Source: Myxococcales bacterium
Lineage (GTDB): Bacteria; Myxococcota_A; UBA9042
Length of the DNA: 64,000 nucleotides
Assembly (NCBI GenBank): GCA_947491025.1
Contig: CANLIC010000004.1
Location: 64,199-128,198, forward strand
Reading direction: 5' to 3'
Part shown: positions 9,457-16,959 of the stretch, piece by piece
How the letters are laid out: each line of letters starts with the position of its first letter
Position numbering within the stretch: position 1 is the first letter of the stretch
Notes under the pieces: generated by a model
Told to the model about the DNA's origin: nothing
Databases searched by the model: none
Seen by the model: only the letters and a program-made list of their open reading frames with translations
Program-made: the position numbers and the translations under genes

Positions 9457-11499
9457 ATGACCACCGCCGCGCGTCGCCCCCCGATCCGCCGCCTTCGGGC
9501 GATCTCGTTGTTGTTGCAGCGGTCCCTTCCTCAACGTACCGTACGTACGCCTCCGGTCCCTCCCTCGCAGCGCCTAGAGCTGGCGCCGAATTCGGCGGTC
9601 GGACAGGCGTTCGTTGGTGGATCCTGGCGCCCCTTCCCCCTTGCCGTCCGCGTCGCGACCTCGCCGCTGGCAGCGCTGCTGGCGCTCAGTCTCGCGATGC
9701 CGGCCATGGCCGCGACCTCGTCGCCGGCCGACGACGCGCGCGTCATCATCAGCGAGGGGGTCAAGGCGCCGGATTACCTCGCGCGGTCGATGGCTTACGA
9801 GGCGCTGGCCTTGGACCGCAAGATCGCCAACGCGCGCCAGCTGCTCAAAGACGGTGAGGAAGATCCGCAGTGGACCGTCAAGTCAGGCGTGGCCCGGGCT
9901 TACATGCGGCTGCGCGATTCGAGCTGGCAGCGCGTCGTCGGCGACGCCATCGGCCGCGCAACGCTCGACCCCCGTGAGGTGCTTCCCGTCCTCGACACGC
10001 TCGCCGACAAGGAGGCCATCGCTTTCTTGCTGCAGCGCCTCGCCGACAAGGAGCTCGACCGCCACGACCGCATCGCCGACGGGTTGGTCGCGTTGGCCCA
10101 TCCTCGGCTCGGCGCGCTGCTGGTCGCTGCGATCGGCCACAAAGATCCGCTGGTGCAGGGCGTCGCCAAGCGCGCGATTCCGGCGCTGAGCGCGGTCCTG
10201 CATGGCGACCACCTGGCGACGCTCGCCAGCAAGGCCGGCGGCAACCCCGTCGTCATCGACATGCTCTGCACCATCGCTGCGACCGCCCCAACCGGTGTCG
10301 ACGTGCGCTTCCTGTCGGCGCTGAAGCCACCCAAGGGCGACACCGGCCTCGCCGAGCGCGTCATCCTGGCCCGCGCCCGCCACGGTGATCGCGCCGTCGG
10401 CAAGCAGCTGCTGGCCATAGCCGCCACACGGGCCGGCGACGCCAAGATCGAAGTCGTCGAGATCTACAAGGGCATCTCGAGCAAGGACGACTCGGAAGCG
10501 ATTCGCAGCCTTCTGGATGAGTCGAGTTCGCCACGCCTCAAGCTCGCGATCTACGAGGTGTTGGCGAACCTGGGCGACCGCTCGGTGGTCAAGCAAGCCG
10601 AGGAGATGGCCGCTGGCACCGACAGCGAGCTGCGTCCGGTCGGCGTCTACTACCTCGGCCGCATCGGTGGCGCCGGGCGCATCGGCGAGATGCACACCTA
10701 CCTCAAAGATGGCATCCCGGAAGTCCGAATCGCCGCGGCGCGCGTGCTGGCCTGGATTGCGTCCAAGATCTCCGCGGCCCCGCTACGCGACGCCCTCGAC
10801 GCCGAGACGCGCGAGGACATCCGCGTCGAGTACATCAAGGCCCTGGCCAGCATCAAAGACGACGAGGCCTTCAAGGTCCTGGTCTTCTACACCCGCGAGA
10901 AGGATGACCTGGTGCGCCAGCGCGTGGTGCGGGCGCTGGCCGAGTCGGGCTCGAAGACGGCGCGCAATGGCCTGCAGACTGCGCTGCAAGATCGCAGCAA
11001 GGACGTGCGGGTCGAGGCGGTGCGCGGCTTCATCCTCTCGGACCCGGCCAACGCTGTGCAGGTTTTTCAGCGCTCGCTGGCCTGGCTGCCGCCGGGCACG
11101 CTGATTGGCATGACCCGCGAGTTCGGCGAAGCCTTTGAGAGCTATCTGGAGTTGGCGCTCTTCGCCAAGTCCATGGAGCTGCGCGAGGAGGCGCTCGAGG
11201 CGCTGCGGCTGCTGCCCAAGAAGCAGCCCGACCTGCTGCGCAAGGTGCTGGCCAGCGCCGACGACGATCAGCTCCGCATTCGCGTGCTGCGACGCCTCTT
11301 TGCCGTCGAAGGCCAGAAGGTCGCCACGGAGGTCAAGGCCGCCGCGCTCTCGACGAGCACGCGCGTCTGCATCGAGGGCGTTCGGATGCTCACCCAGCTG
11401 CGCGGCGACAAAGAGGCCAAGGAGCTGATCTTGCGAAGCATGGCCGCCGCCGACCAGCGCATTCGGATCGCGGCCGCCCTCACCTTCCTCGGTGGCTGA
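9457..11499 (+). CDS. HEAT-repeat protein; N-terminal signal peptide interrupted by the 149-bp element
   Basis: This is the 3' part of ORF 8689..11499. ATG 9457 has a GAGGAG Shine-Dalgarno 6 nt upstream. Repeated HEAT-like units are present (..DPEVRIAAARVLAWI.., ..DDLVRQRVVRALAESG.., ..SKDVRVEAVRGFI.., ..DQRIRIAAALTFLG). Codons 8-58 come from the inserted element. No other ATG/GTG/TTG lies in frame before ATG 9697. Confidence 0.7.
   Translation: MTTAARRPPIRRLRAISLLLQRSLPQRTVRTPPVPPSQRLELAPNSAVGQAFVGGSWRPFPLAVRVATSPLAALLALSLAMPAMAATSSPADDARVIISEGVKAPDYLARSMAYEALALDRKIANARQLLKDGEEDPQWTVKSGVARAYMRLRDSSWQRVVGDAIGRATLDPREVLPVLDTLADKEAIAFLLQRLADKELDRHDRIADGLVALAHPRLGALLVAAIGHKDPLVQGVAKRAIPALSAVLHGDHLATLASKAGGNPVVIDMLCTIAATAPTGVDVRFLSALKPPKGDTGLAERVILARARHGDRAVGKQLLAIAATRAGDAKIEVVEIYKGISSKDDSEAIRSLLDESSSPRLKLAIYEVLANLGDRSVVKQAEEMAAGTDSELRPVGVYYLGRIGGAGRIGEMHTYLKDGIPEVRIAAARVLAWIASKISAAPLRDALDAETREDIRVEYIKALASIKDDEAFKVLVFYTREKDDLVRQRVVRALAESGSKTARNGLQTALQDRSKDVRVEAVRGFILSDPANAVQVFQRSLAWLPPGTLIGMTREFGEAFESYLELALFAKSMELREEALEALRLLPKKQPDLLRKVLASADDDQLRIRVLRRLFAVEGQKVATEVKAAALSTSTRVCIEGVRMLTQLRGDKEAKELILRSMAAADQRIRIAAALTFLGG
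9479..9627 (+). mobile_element. 149-bp non-autonomous MITE-like element, copy 1 (TSD CGCC)
   Basis: About 90% identical to 15288-15436 (14 mismatches and no indels in a hand alignment). Imperfect terminal inverted repeats: CCCCGATCCGCC at the 5' end and GGTGGATCCTGG at the 3' end. Perfect 4-bp direct repeat CGCC at 9475-9478 and 9628-9631. Encodes no ORF of its own. Confidence 0.8.
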
Positions 11500-12547
11500 T
11501 TTGACCCCTAAGTCCCGGCGAGAAGGCGGCCAACGCCGCGCAGCAGAGGCGCCGCGGAGCCCAGCGGAGGCGCAAGGCCTGGCTCTCGTCGCGGTGCACG
11601 CGCTCGCCGTCACGCTCGCCCTCGGTTCGGTGGGCGTCGTTGGCTGCGGCGAGGTCGCAAAATCGGGCGAGTCCGACGAAGCGGCAGCAGGCGCTGAGGG
11701 AGGCGCTGACCCGCGATCCACCGACGCAGCCTCCACCATCACCATCGACGACGTGCAGCGTCGACTTCTGCGAGGCGGCGGCGACCCCTGCCAGGACGAT
11801 CGCGCGTGTGGCAAGCCCGGCGCCCGTGGTGCTTGCGTGCTCGGCACCTGCTTCGGCCTGCTCACCACCGACAGCGCCGCGGCGCGGGCCGTACTCATCG
11901 CGCGCCTCGCGGCCCTGCCATTGCCCCTGCTCGACGCAACCCTGCCGACCTGCAGCGGCATCCTCTGGCAACCGGAGAGCATGCAACCGCAGCGCGTCGC
12001 CGCTGCCGAGTGCGTCGCTGTCGTTGCCGCCGCGCGGCCACAGGCAGCCTGCGGCGACGCTTGCAAGTCCTTGGAGCGCCTGCTCGATGAGCCGGAGCCC
12101 GGCCTGCGTGAGGTGGCGCGCGGTGGGCTGCTGCGGGCCGGCGACGCCGCGCAGCTGCCGATGGCGATCACCGACCTCCACGCCGGTACGGAGCACACCC
12201 GCGCGGCGACGCTGCGCGCCCTCGGCGCCTTGTGGTGCCGGCCGAGCGCCCCGGCGGATGAAGCCGCCGTCGGCCTCCAGGTGGCTGGGGCCCTCCAGCG
12301 TGCGCTCGATGACCCGAGCCCGATGATCCGTCGCATCGCGGCCGAGACCCTCGCCGTCCCTCTCTCGCCAGCCTCCGTCGAGACACGCTGCCCGGCCAGC
12401 GCCGTCGCCCAGCGCCTCGCAGCCGAGACACGCCAGAGCCTGCAGGCCGCGCTACGCGCTGCCGCCACGCGCCACGCCGCCGATCTGGGCTACGTCGTTG
12501 ACCGCGCGCTGCCGACCCAGCCCGCCGCCGTCGCCCCAACGCCGTGA
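11492..12547 (+). CDS. lipoprotein with HEAT-like repeats
   Basis: The GTG start overlaps the upstream stop (GTGGCTGA). Lipobox GVVGC. High third-position GC. HEAT-like DDPSPMIRRIAAETL. Also a Cys motif, CQDDRACGKPGARGACVLGTC. Confidence 0.65.
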   Translation: MADLTPKSRREGGQRRAAEAPRSPAEAQGLALVAVHALAVTLALGSVGVVGCGEVAKSGESDEAAAGAEGGADPRSTDAASTITIDDVQRRLLRGGGDPCQDDRACGKPGARGACVLGTCFGLLTTDSAAARAVLIARLAALPLPLLDATLPTCSGILWQPESMQPQRVAAAECVAVVAAARPQAACGDACKSLERLLDEPEPGLREVARGGLLRAGDAAQLPMAITDLHAGTEHTRAATLRALGALWCRPSAPADEAAVGLQVAGALQRALDDPSPMIRRIAAETLAVPLSPASVETRCPASAVAQRLAAETRQSLQAALRAAATRHAADLGYVVDRALPTQPAAVAPTP

Positions 12548-12554
12548 GGAGCCG

Positions 12555-13370
12555 ATGAAGCGCATCCATCTCGCCGTTCGACCTGCCGAGGGTGCATTGC
12601 GTGAACTCGGTGTCCTGGGCGCCCTGCGCGTCGCTCGCGCTGCAGCCGTCGTCAGCCTCGTGGGCTGCGTCCTCCATGCGTGTGACCGCGAGCCCGCGAC
12701 GCCGCCGCAGCCGCCCGCGGAGGCCGCCGCCCCCAAGCCGCCGCTGGTCCGCGACGAGGCTGGCCCCTACGTGCTGCGCTACTTCGCGCCGACCACGGGC
12801 AACCTGCTCGTCGCCCGCAAAGTCGCCGACGTCCCTGAGGCCGCGCGCGGCCAGGTGCTGGTCTCGCCCGACGATCCAGCGCTGCAAGGGCACTGGCTCT
12901 TCGTCGCCGATCTCAGCCGCAAGTCGGGCGAAAGCTACCCGGTCAGCGTCGTCGATCGCTTCGCGCTCGAGAGAGAAGTGGCGGCAGCTCGACCAGCGCC
13001 GGAGGCTGCCGCGCCTTTGGCCGCCGGGGCCGCAGGCGCTGCTGGCGCGGCCGGTACCACTGCCGCCGCCGGAGCCCAAGCTGGCGCCGCCGCGGCAGGG
13101 GCCTCAGCAGCCGGGCCGCAGGCCGTTCTCTACAAGACCGCCTGGTGCGGCTACTGCCGGAAGGCCGCCGAGTACATGAAGTTGAAAGGGATTCCGTTTG
13201 TCGAGCGCGATCTCGAGCGCGACCCGCAGGCCCGCTCCGACATGCTTGCCCGAGCCAGCCGCGCTGGGGTGGACCCGCAGTCGCTCGGCGGCGTGCCCGT
13301 CATCTGGATCAAGGGCCGCATCATGTCGGGGTTTTCGCGCGAAGCCATCGACCGGGCCTGGGCGGGCTGA
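12555..13370 (+). CDS. exported glutaredoxin-like (thioredoxin-fold, CGYC) lipoprotein
   Basis: ATG 12555 lies after GAGGAG. Signal peptide and lipobox SLVGC, then a long Ala/Gly/Pro linker. The C-terminal domain reads VLYKTAWCGYCRKAAEYMKLKGIPFVERDLERD..GGVPVIWIKG, typical of glutaredoxin/NrdH-like proteins. Confidence 0.75.
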   Translation: MKRIHLAVRPAEGALRELGVLGALRVARAAAVVSLVGCVLHACDREPATPPQPPAEAAAPKPPLVRDEAGPYVLRYFAPTTGNLLVARKVADVPEAARGQVLVSPDDPALQGHWLFVADLSRKSGESYPVSVVDRFALEREVAAARPAPEAAAPLAAGAAGAAGAAGTTAAAGAQAGAAAAGASAAGPQAVLYKTAWCGYCRKAAEYMKLKGIPFVERDLERDPQARSDMLARASRAGVDPQSLGGVPVIWIKGRIMSGFSREAIDRAWAG

Positions 13371-13485
13371 CCCGCGTCGCACGGTTTCTTGACGGACGGC
13401 CTCCGCGGCCCAAGCTCCTGAGCGCGGTCGAGGCAGACCGGGCCACCGAGCGGCCCGCGCCCGCCGCCCCGTCCGGAGCCCTCGC

Positions 13486-13926
13486 ATGTCTAGAGCCACC
13501 CACCCGATCGATCGCCGCGATGTGTCGCTGCCTGCCTCGCCCAGCGCCGACGCGGCGTTGCCGTCGACTGCAGACGCGCCGGAGCTTGAAGCCGGGGACG
13601 CTCAGATCATCGATTTGCACGCTTGGCGCGTCCGCGTCACCGGCTCCGCCAGCCACGGCTCGCGGCAGAGGGACTGCGCAGCGCGTCGGGTCGACGCCGA
13701 CGGCATGGTGCTTGAGGCGCCTGCACCGGCGACTGACGCTCCCCGCATCGCCGAGAGCCTCGGCCGCTACGTCTGGCTCGACGTCGCGTTGCCCGACGGC
13801 GCAGACGTCCGCGCCCTCGGCGAAGTCGTCGCGCGGCAGGACGCGGTTGACCTCGCGCTTGAGGTCAAGTTCAAGCACCTGTTCCCCGACGCCCGACGCC
13901 GGCTGCTGCGCGCCCTCGGACGCTGA
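13486..13926 (+). CDS. hypothetical protein, weak PilZ-like C-terminal half
   Basis: 146-aa ORF with good third-position GC. The segment YVWLDVALPDGADVRALGEVVARQ..LEVKFKHL resembles the second half of PilZ domains. The canonical RxxxR and DxSxxG motifs are not evident. Confidence 0.5.
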   Translation: MSRATHPIDRRDVSLPASPSADAALPSTADAPELEAGDAQIIDLHAWRVRVTGSASHGSRQRDCAARRVDADGMVLEAPAPATDAPRIAESLGRYVWLDVALPDGADVRALGEVVARQDAVDLALEVKFKHLFPDARRRLLRALGR

Positions 13927-14035
13927 TTCGTCGGCGCCAAAAGCGTCGTCCGTTCCGTCCAAGGCCCGATGCCGCTCGCCGGCTGGCGCATTGAGTTCGT
14001 GGCACGTTTGGCGCCAGAAGCGCAGGCTGCGGCGC

Positions 14036-15238
14036 TCAGTCGATCTCGAGGCCCTCGCCGGTGGGCGGCTCACCGCCACGTCCGCCGGTCGCACCGCCAG
14101 CAGGACCCGACACGGGTGCCCGCGGCGGTGCTGGTCGCGACGCGGCGGCGCCCGGTGAAGCGGGACGCGACGCACCACCGCTCGGCGACGCCGGATCGGG
14201 CGTGCGCATCACTGCAGGCCGCACCGGCTCGCTGCGCGTCGCCTCGGTCAACCGCACCTCGGCGCCATCGACACCACGCGCGTAGACGTGCGGCCCTTCG
14301 ACGCGCAGTCGCCCGAGCTCGGCCGGTCCGCCGCGCCCGAGCAGCTCGCGCATCAGGGCTGGGAAATCGAGCTTCAGCAGCGCGTCGACGCCATCGGCGC
14401 CCGCCCCGCTCGGCGCCGCTGCGGTCGCCTGAGACGTCGGCGCCGCTGCCCGTGCCGAGACCAGCGCCGCCGCCGCGATGAGGGCCAGCTGCGCGCCGTC
14501 GTGATGGCGGCCCAGCGCAGCCGCGATCTCATCGAGCCCGGCCTGGCCGTCGCGCAGCTTGCGAAGCGTCTCTGGGCGGCCGTCGGCGCGGTCGATCTGG
14601 ACACCCGCGCAGACGGTGCCCTCGAGCCGGACGTCGGTGAGGTTGGCCTCGCGCAGGTCGACGTCGATCAGGACCGCGTCGTCGAAGTTGGCCCGCAGCA
14701 AGTTGGCGCCGCGCAGATCGACTCCGACCAGCACGGCGCCCGCCAGGTTGGCGTTGTCGAGGACGGCGCCGCCTTGTCGCTGGTCCGTGAACCGGCTGCC
14801 GATGATCAGCGCCTCGGTCAGGTTGCAGTGGTTGAGGTCCGAGGTCAGAAACTCGCTGCCGCGCACCACGGCCCGCGCCAGGTTGGCGTTGGTCATGGGG
14901 GTCTCGACGAAGCGACAGCTGTCGATCATCGCCCCTGGCCATTGCACCGCTTGGGCCTGGCTGGCAGAGATCTCGCAGGCTTGCAGCCGAGCACCTTCCA
15001 GGCGGGTGCCGCGCAGGAGCAGCCCGCGACCCTGCCAGCGATCCGCGCGCAGACGCGGCAAGCGCACGCCGACCAGCTTGGTGCCCAGCATTCGAACGTG
15101 GCTCAGCTGCACGTCGCCGAAGTCCTCGCCCGCGTGGTCGCTGATGTCACAAGGGCCGACCTCCGCTCGCCAGAGACGGCGCGCCCTCAGGGCCGAGAGG
15201 AGGTCGAGGGCATTCTGAATCGAGTCGAGGTCGCTCAT
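14036..15238 (-). CDS. pentapeptide-repeat protein with extra C-terminal domain
   Basis: ORF 14036..15379, with the start moved to ATG 15238 (MSDLDSIQ). Long run of A(D/N)LxX pentapeptides (ANLARAVVRGSEFLTSDLNHCNLTEALIIG.., NANLAGAVLVGVDLRGANLLRANFDDAVLIDVDLREANLTDVRLEG). Confidence 0.85.
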   Translation of the reverse strand: MSDLDSIQNALDLLSALRARRLWRAEVGPCDISDHAGEDFGDVQLSHVRMLGTKLVGVRLPRLRADRWQGRGLLLRGTRLEGARLQACEISASQAQAVQWPGAMIDSCRFVETPMTNANLARAVVRGSEFLTSDLNHCNLTEALIIGSRFTDQRQGGAVLDNANLAGAVLVGVDLRGANLLRANFDDAVLIDVDLREANLTDVRLEGTVCAGVQIDRADGRPETLRKLRDGQAGLDEIAAALGRHHDGAQLALIAAAALVSARAAAPTSQATAAAPSGAGADGVDALLKLDFPALMRELLGRGGPAELGRLRVEGPHVYARGVDGAEVRLTEATRSEPVRPAVMRTPDPASPSGGASRPASPGAAASRPAPPRAPVSGPAGGATGGRGGEPPTGEGLEID

Positions 15239-15287
15239 GGGCCGCAATGATAGCGACTGGACGAGTCGACGCAACGGTGCGGCGCTA

Positions 15288-15436
15288 CCCCGATCCGCCG
15301 CCTTCGGGCCATCTCGTTGTTGTTGCTGCGGTCCGGTCCTCAACGTACCGCATGTACGCCTCCGGTCCGGTCCTCGCAACGCCTAGAGCTGGCTCCGAAT
15401 TCGGCGGTCGGACAGGCGTTCGGTGGCGGATCCTGG
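15288..15436 (+). mobile_element. 149-bp non-autonomous MITE-like element, copy 2 (TSD GCTA)
   Basis: Same orientation and length as copy 1. Terminal inverted repeats CCCCGATCCGCC / GGCGGATCCTGG. Perfect 4-bp direct repeat GCTA at 15284-15287 and 15437-15440. Lies in the divergent intergenic region between the pentapeptide gene and the kinase. Confidence 0.8.
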
Positions 15437-15559
15437 GCTACGGTCTGTTGCCGGCGACGGAGATGTGGCAGCCTGCGCCACTCGCGGTGCGCCGCCGCGC
15501 GTGGCAGCCGAACCCCCGGCCGCTCGACCTCGCCCACGCGCAGCGCGATAGAGGCCGAC

Positions 15560-16564
15560 TTGTCTAGAGATCCCGCTGACATCGCGCCCCGCCGCCGCAG
15601 CTCGCGCAACGAGCTTGACCCGATCCTCGGCTCGACGATCGCCGGCGACCTGGTGATCGAGCGGCCGATCGGCAGCGGCAGCCACGCCGACGTCTTCCTG
15701 GCCCGCCAGCGCTCCGTGGGTGACCGCAAGGTGGCGCTGAAAGTCCTCTGCCGGCCCTACCTGAGCCTGCGCGAGTCGGACATGCGACGGGCGGCGATGG
15801 CACTGATTCGCGAGGCCGCCGTCCTCGGCCAGATGACCAGCCCCTGCTTCGTCCAGGTTCACCTCACCGGCGTGCTGCCCGATACCCGCCCCTTTGTCGT
15901 CCTCGAGTACGTCGAAGGCGAGACCATGGCGGCCTTGCTGGCCCGCACGCGGCGCCTGTCCTTGGCGCGGACGGTGGAGATCGTGGTCCAAGTCGCGGCT
16001 GGCCTCGCTGAGCTCCATGCGCTCGGCCACGTCCACCGCGACGTGACGCCGGCCAACTTCTTGATCGGTGCCGGCCCCGTCGGTGAATTGAAGCTGAAGA
16101 TGATCGACTTCGGCACCGTCACCCGCATCAGCGACAAGCCCGATCGCTTTCGTGTTGGCTACGATCTCGAGCACCCGCTCGGGACCCCGGGCTACATGGC
16201 GCCCGAGCAGGCGCGCGGCGACGTCGTCGATGGCCGCGCCGACATGTTTGCGCTGGCGGCGATCGCCTGGGAAGCGCTCGTCGGGCGCCGGGCGATCGAT
16301 CCGAGCCTGATGACCCAGCGCGCGCTTCTCGACTACCTGCGCGGCGACGCGCCCCTGCCGGCCCAGCCTACGACCGAGGCCGAAGGCGTATCGACTCCCG
16401 CCCAGGCGGTCTTGCTGCGGGCGCTGGATCGCGATCCGGCCCGGCGCTACCCCGACATCGGCATCTTCGCCAAAGCCCTGCGCGCGAGCATCGATGACGA
16501 CCGTGAGGCCGCGCCGCCGACGGGCCTGCTGTCGCGGTTGTTCAAGGAGCGGTCGCGGCAATGA
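15560..16564 (+). CDS. Ser/Thr protein kinase (Hanks type)
   Basis: ORF 15317..16564. G-loop IGSGSHADVF, VALKV lysine, catalytic HRDVTPANFL, DFG, and GTPGYMAPEQ. The 5' part of the ORF is the mobile element. The best start is TTG 15560 after GATAGAGG. No ATG or GTG lies in frame between the element and the kinase domain. Confidence 0.8.
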   Translation: MSRDPADIAPRRRSSRNELDPILGSTIAGDLVIERPIGSGSHADVFLARQRSVGDRKVALKVLCRPYLSLRESDMRRAAMALIREAAVLGQMTSPCFVQVHLTGVLPDTRPFVVLEYVEGETMAALLARTRRLSLARTVEIVVQVAAGLAELHALGHVHRDVTPANFLIGAGPVGELKLKMIDFGTVTRISDKPDRFRVGYDLEHPLGTPGYMAPEQARGDVVDGRADMFALAAIAWEALVGRRAIDPSLMTQRALLDYLRGDAPLPAQPTTEAEGVSTPAQAVLLRALDRDPARRYPDIGIFAKALRASIDDDREAAPPTGLLSRLFKERSRQ

Positions 16565-16959
16565 AGGCGGTCGTCGCCGGCCTCGCCGTCCTCGGCGTCG
16601 CCCTGTTGCTGCTGCTCTTGCTGCAGCAGGCGCTGCGGACGCTCTGGGCCTTTGGGCGCGCCAGTGCACCCGTGCCGCCTGCGCCACCGCGCGCCGACGA
16701 CGCCCTCAGCGGGCCCGTGTCGGCCACGACATCGACTTCCCTCGACGGTGAGGCCCGCGAGATCGTAGCGCTACGCGATGAGGTCGACCTGGCGCTGCGT
16801 GCCATCGCCGAGGTGCGTTTCGACTTCGCGACCGGCAAGATCGACGCCGAAGACCGCGATCAACTCGAGCGCCGCTACCAGGAGCGTGTGCTGCTGGCGA
16901 TGCGTGCGTTGCGGCGCCGCGGCATCGAGGTCGACCCCAAGGCTGCTCTCCATGGCTAG
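16561..16959 (+). CDS. small single-pass membrane protein, CcmI-N-terminal-like
   Basis: ATGA overlap with the kinase stop. TM helix AVVAGLAVLGVALLLLLLL, then the coiled segment LRDEVDLALRAIAEVRFDFATGKIDAEDRDQLERRY. This pattern recalls the N-terminal part of CcmI/CycH (inference only). High third-position GC. Confidence 0.55.
   Translation: MKAVVAGLAVLGVALLLLLLLQQALRTLWAFGRASAPVPPAPPRADDALSGPVSATTSTSLDGEAREIVALRDEVDLALRAIAEVRFDFATGKIDAEDRDQLERRYQERVLLAMRALRRRGIEVDPKAALHG

Noticed and set aside
9457-9696. The 80-residue N-terminal extension of the HEAT-repeat protein read as a genuine domain (PPIRRLRAISLLLQRS..APNSAVGQAF..).
   Set aside because: 51 of these residues are the translated mobile element. 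Between the two copies only 4 of the 14 nucleotide differences are silent, so there is no sign of protein-level constraint. Excision restores a normal signal peptide.
10783-12468. The 561-aa minus-strand ORF across the two HEAT-like genes. Similar long antisense ORFs occur at 34874..36400, 37943..40183, 6182..7447 and 15383..16687.
   Set aside because: These are low-complexity Arg/Ala translations opposite genes with clear domain content.
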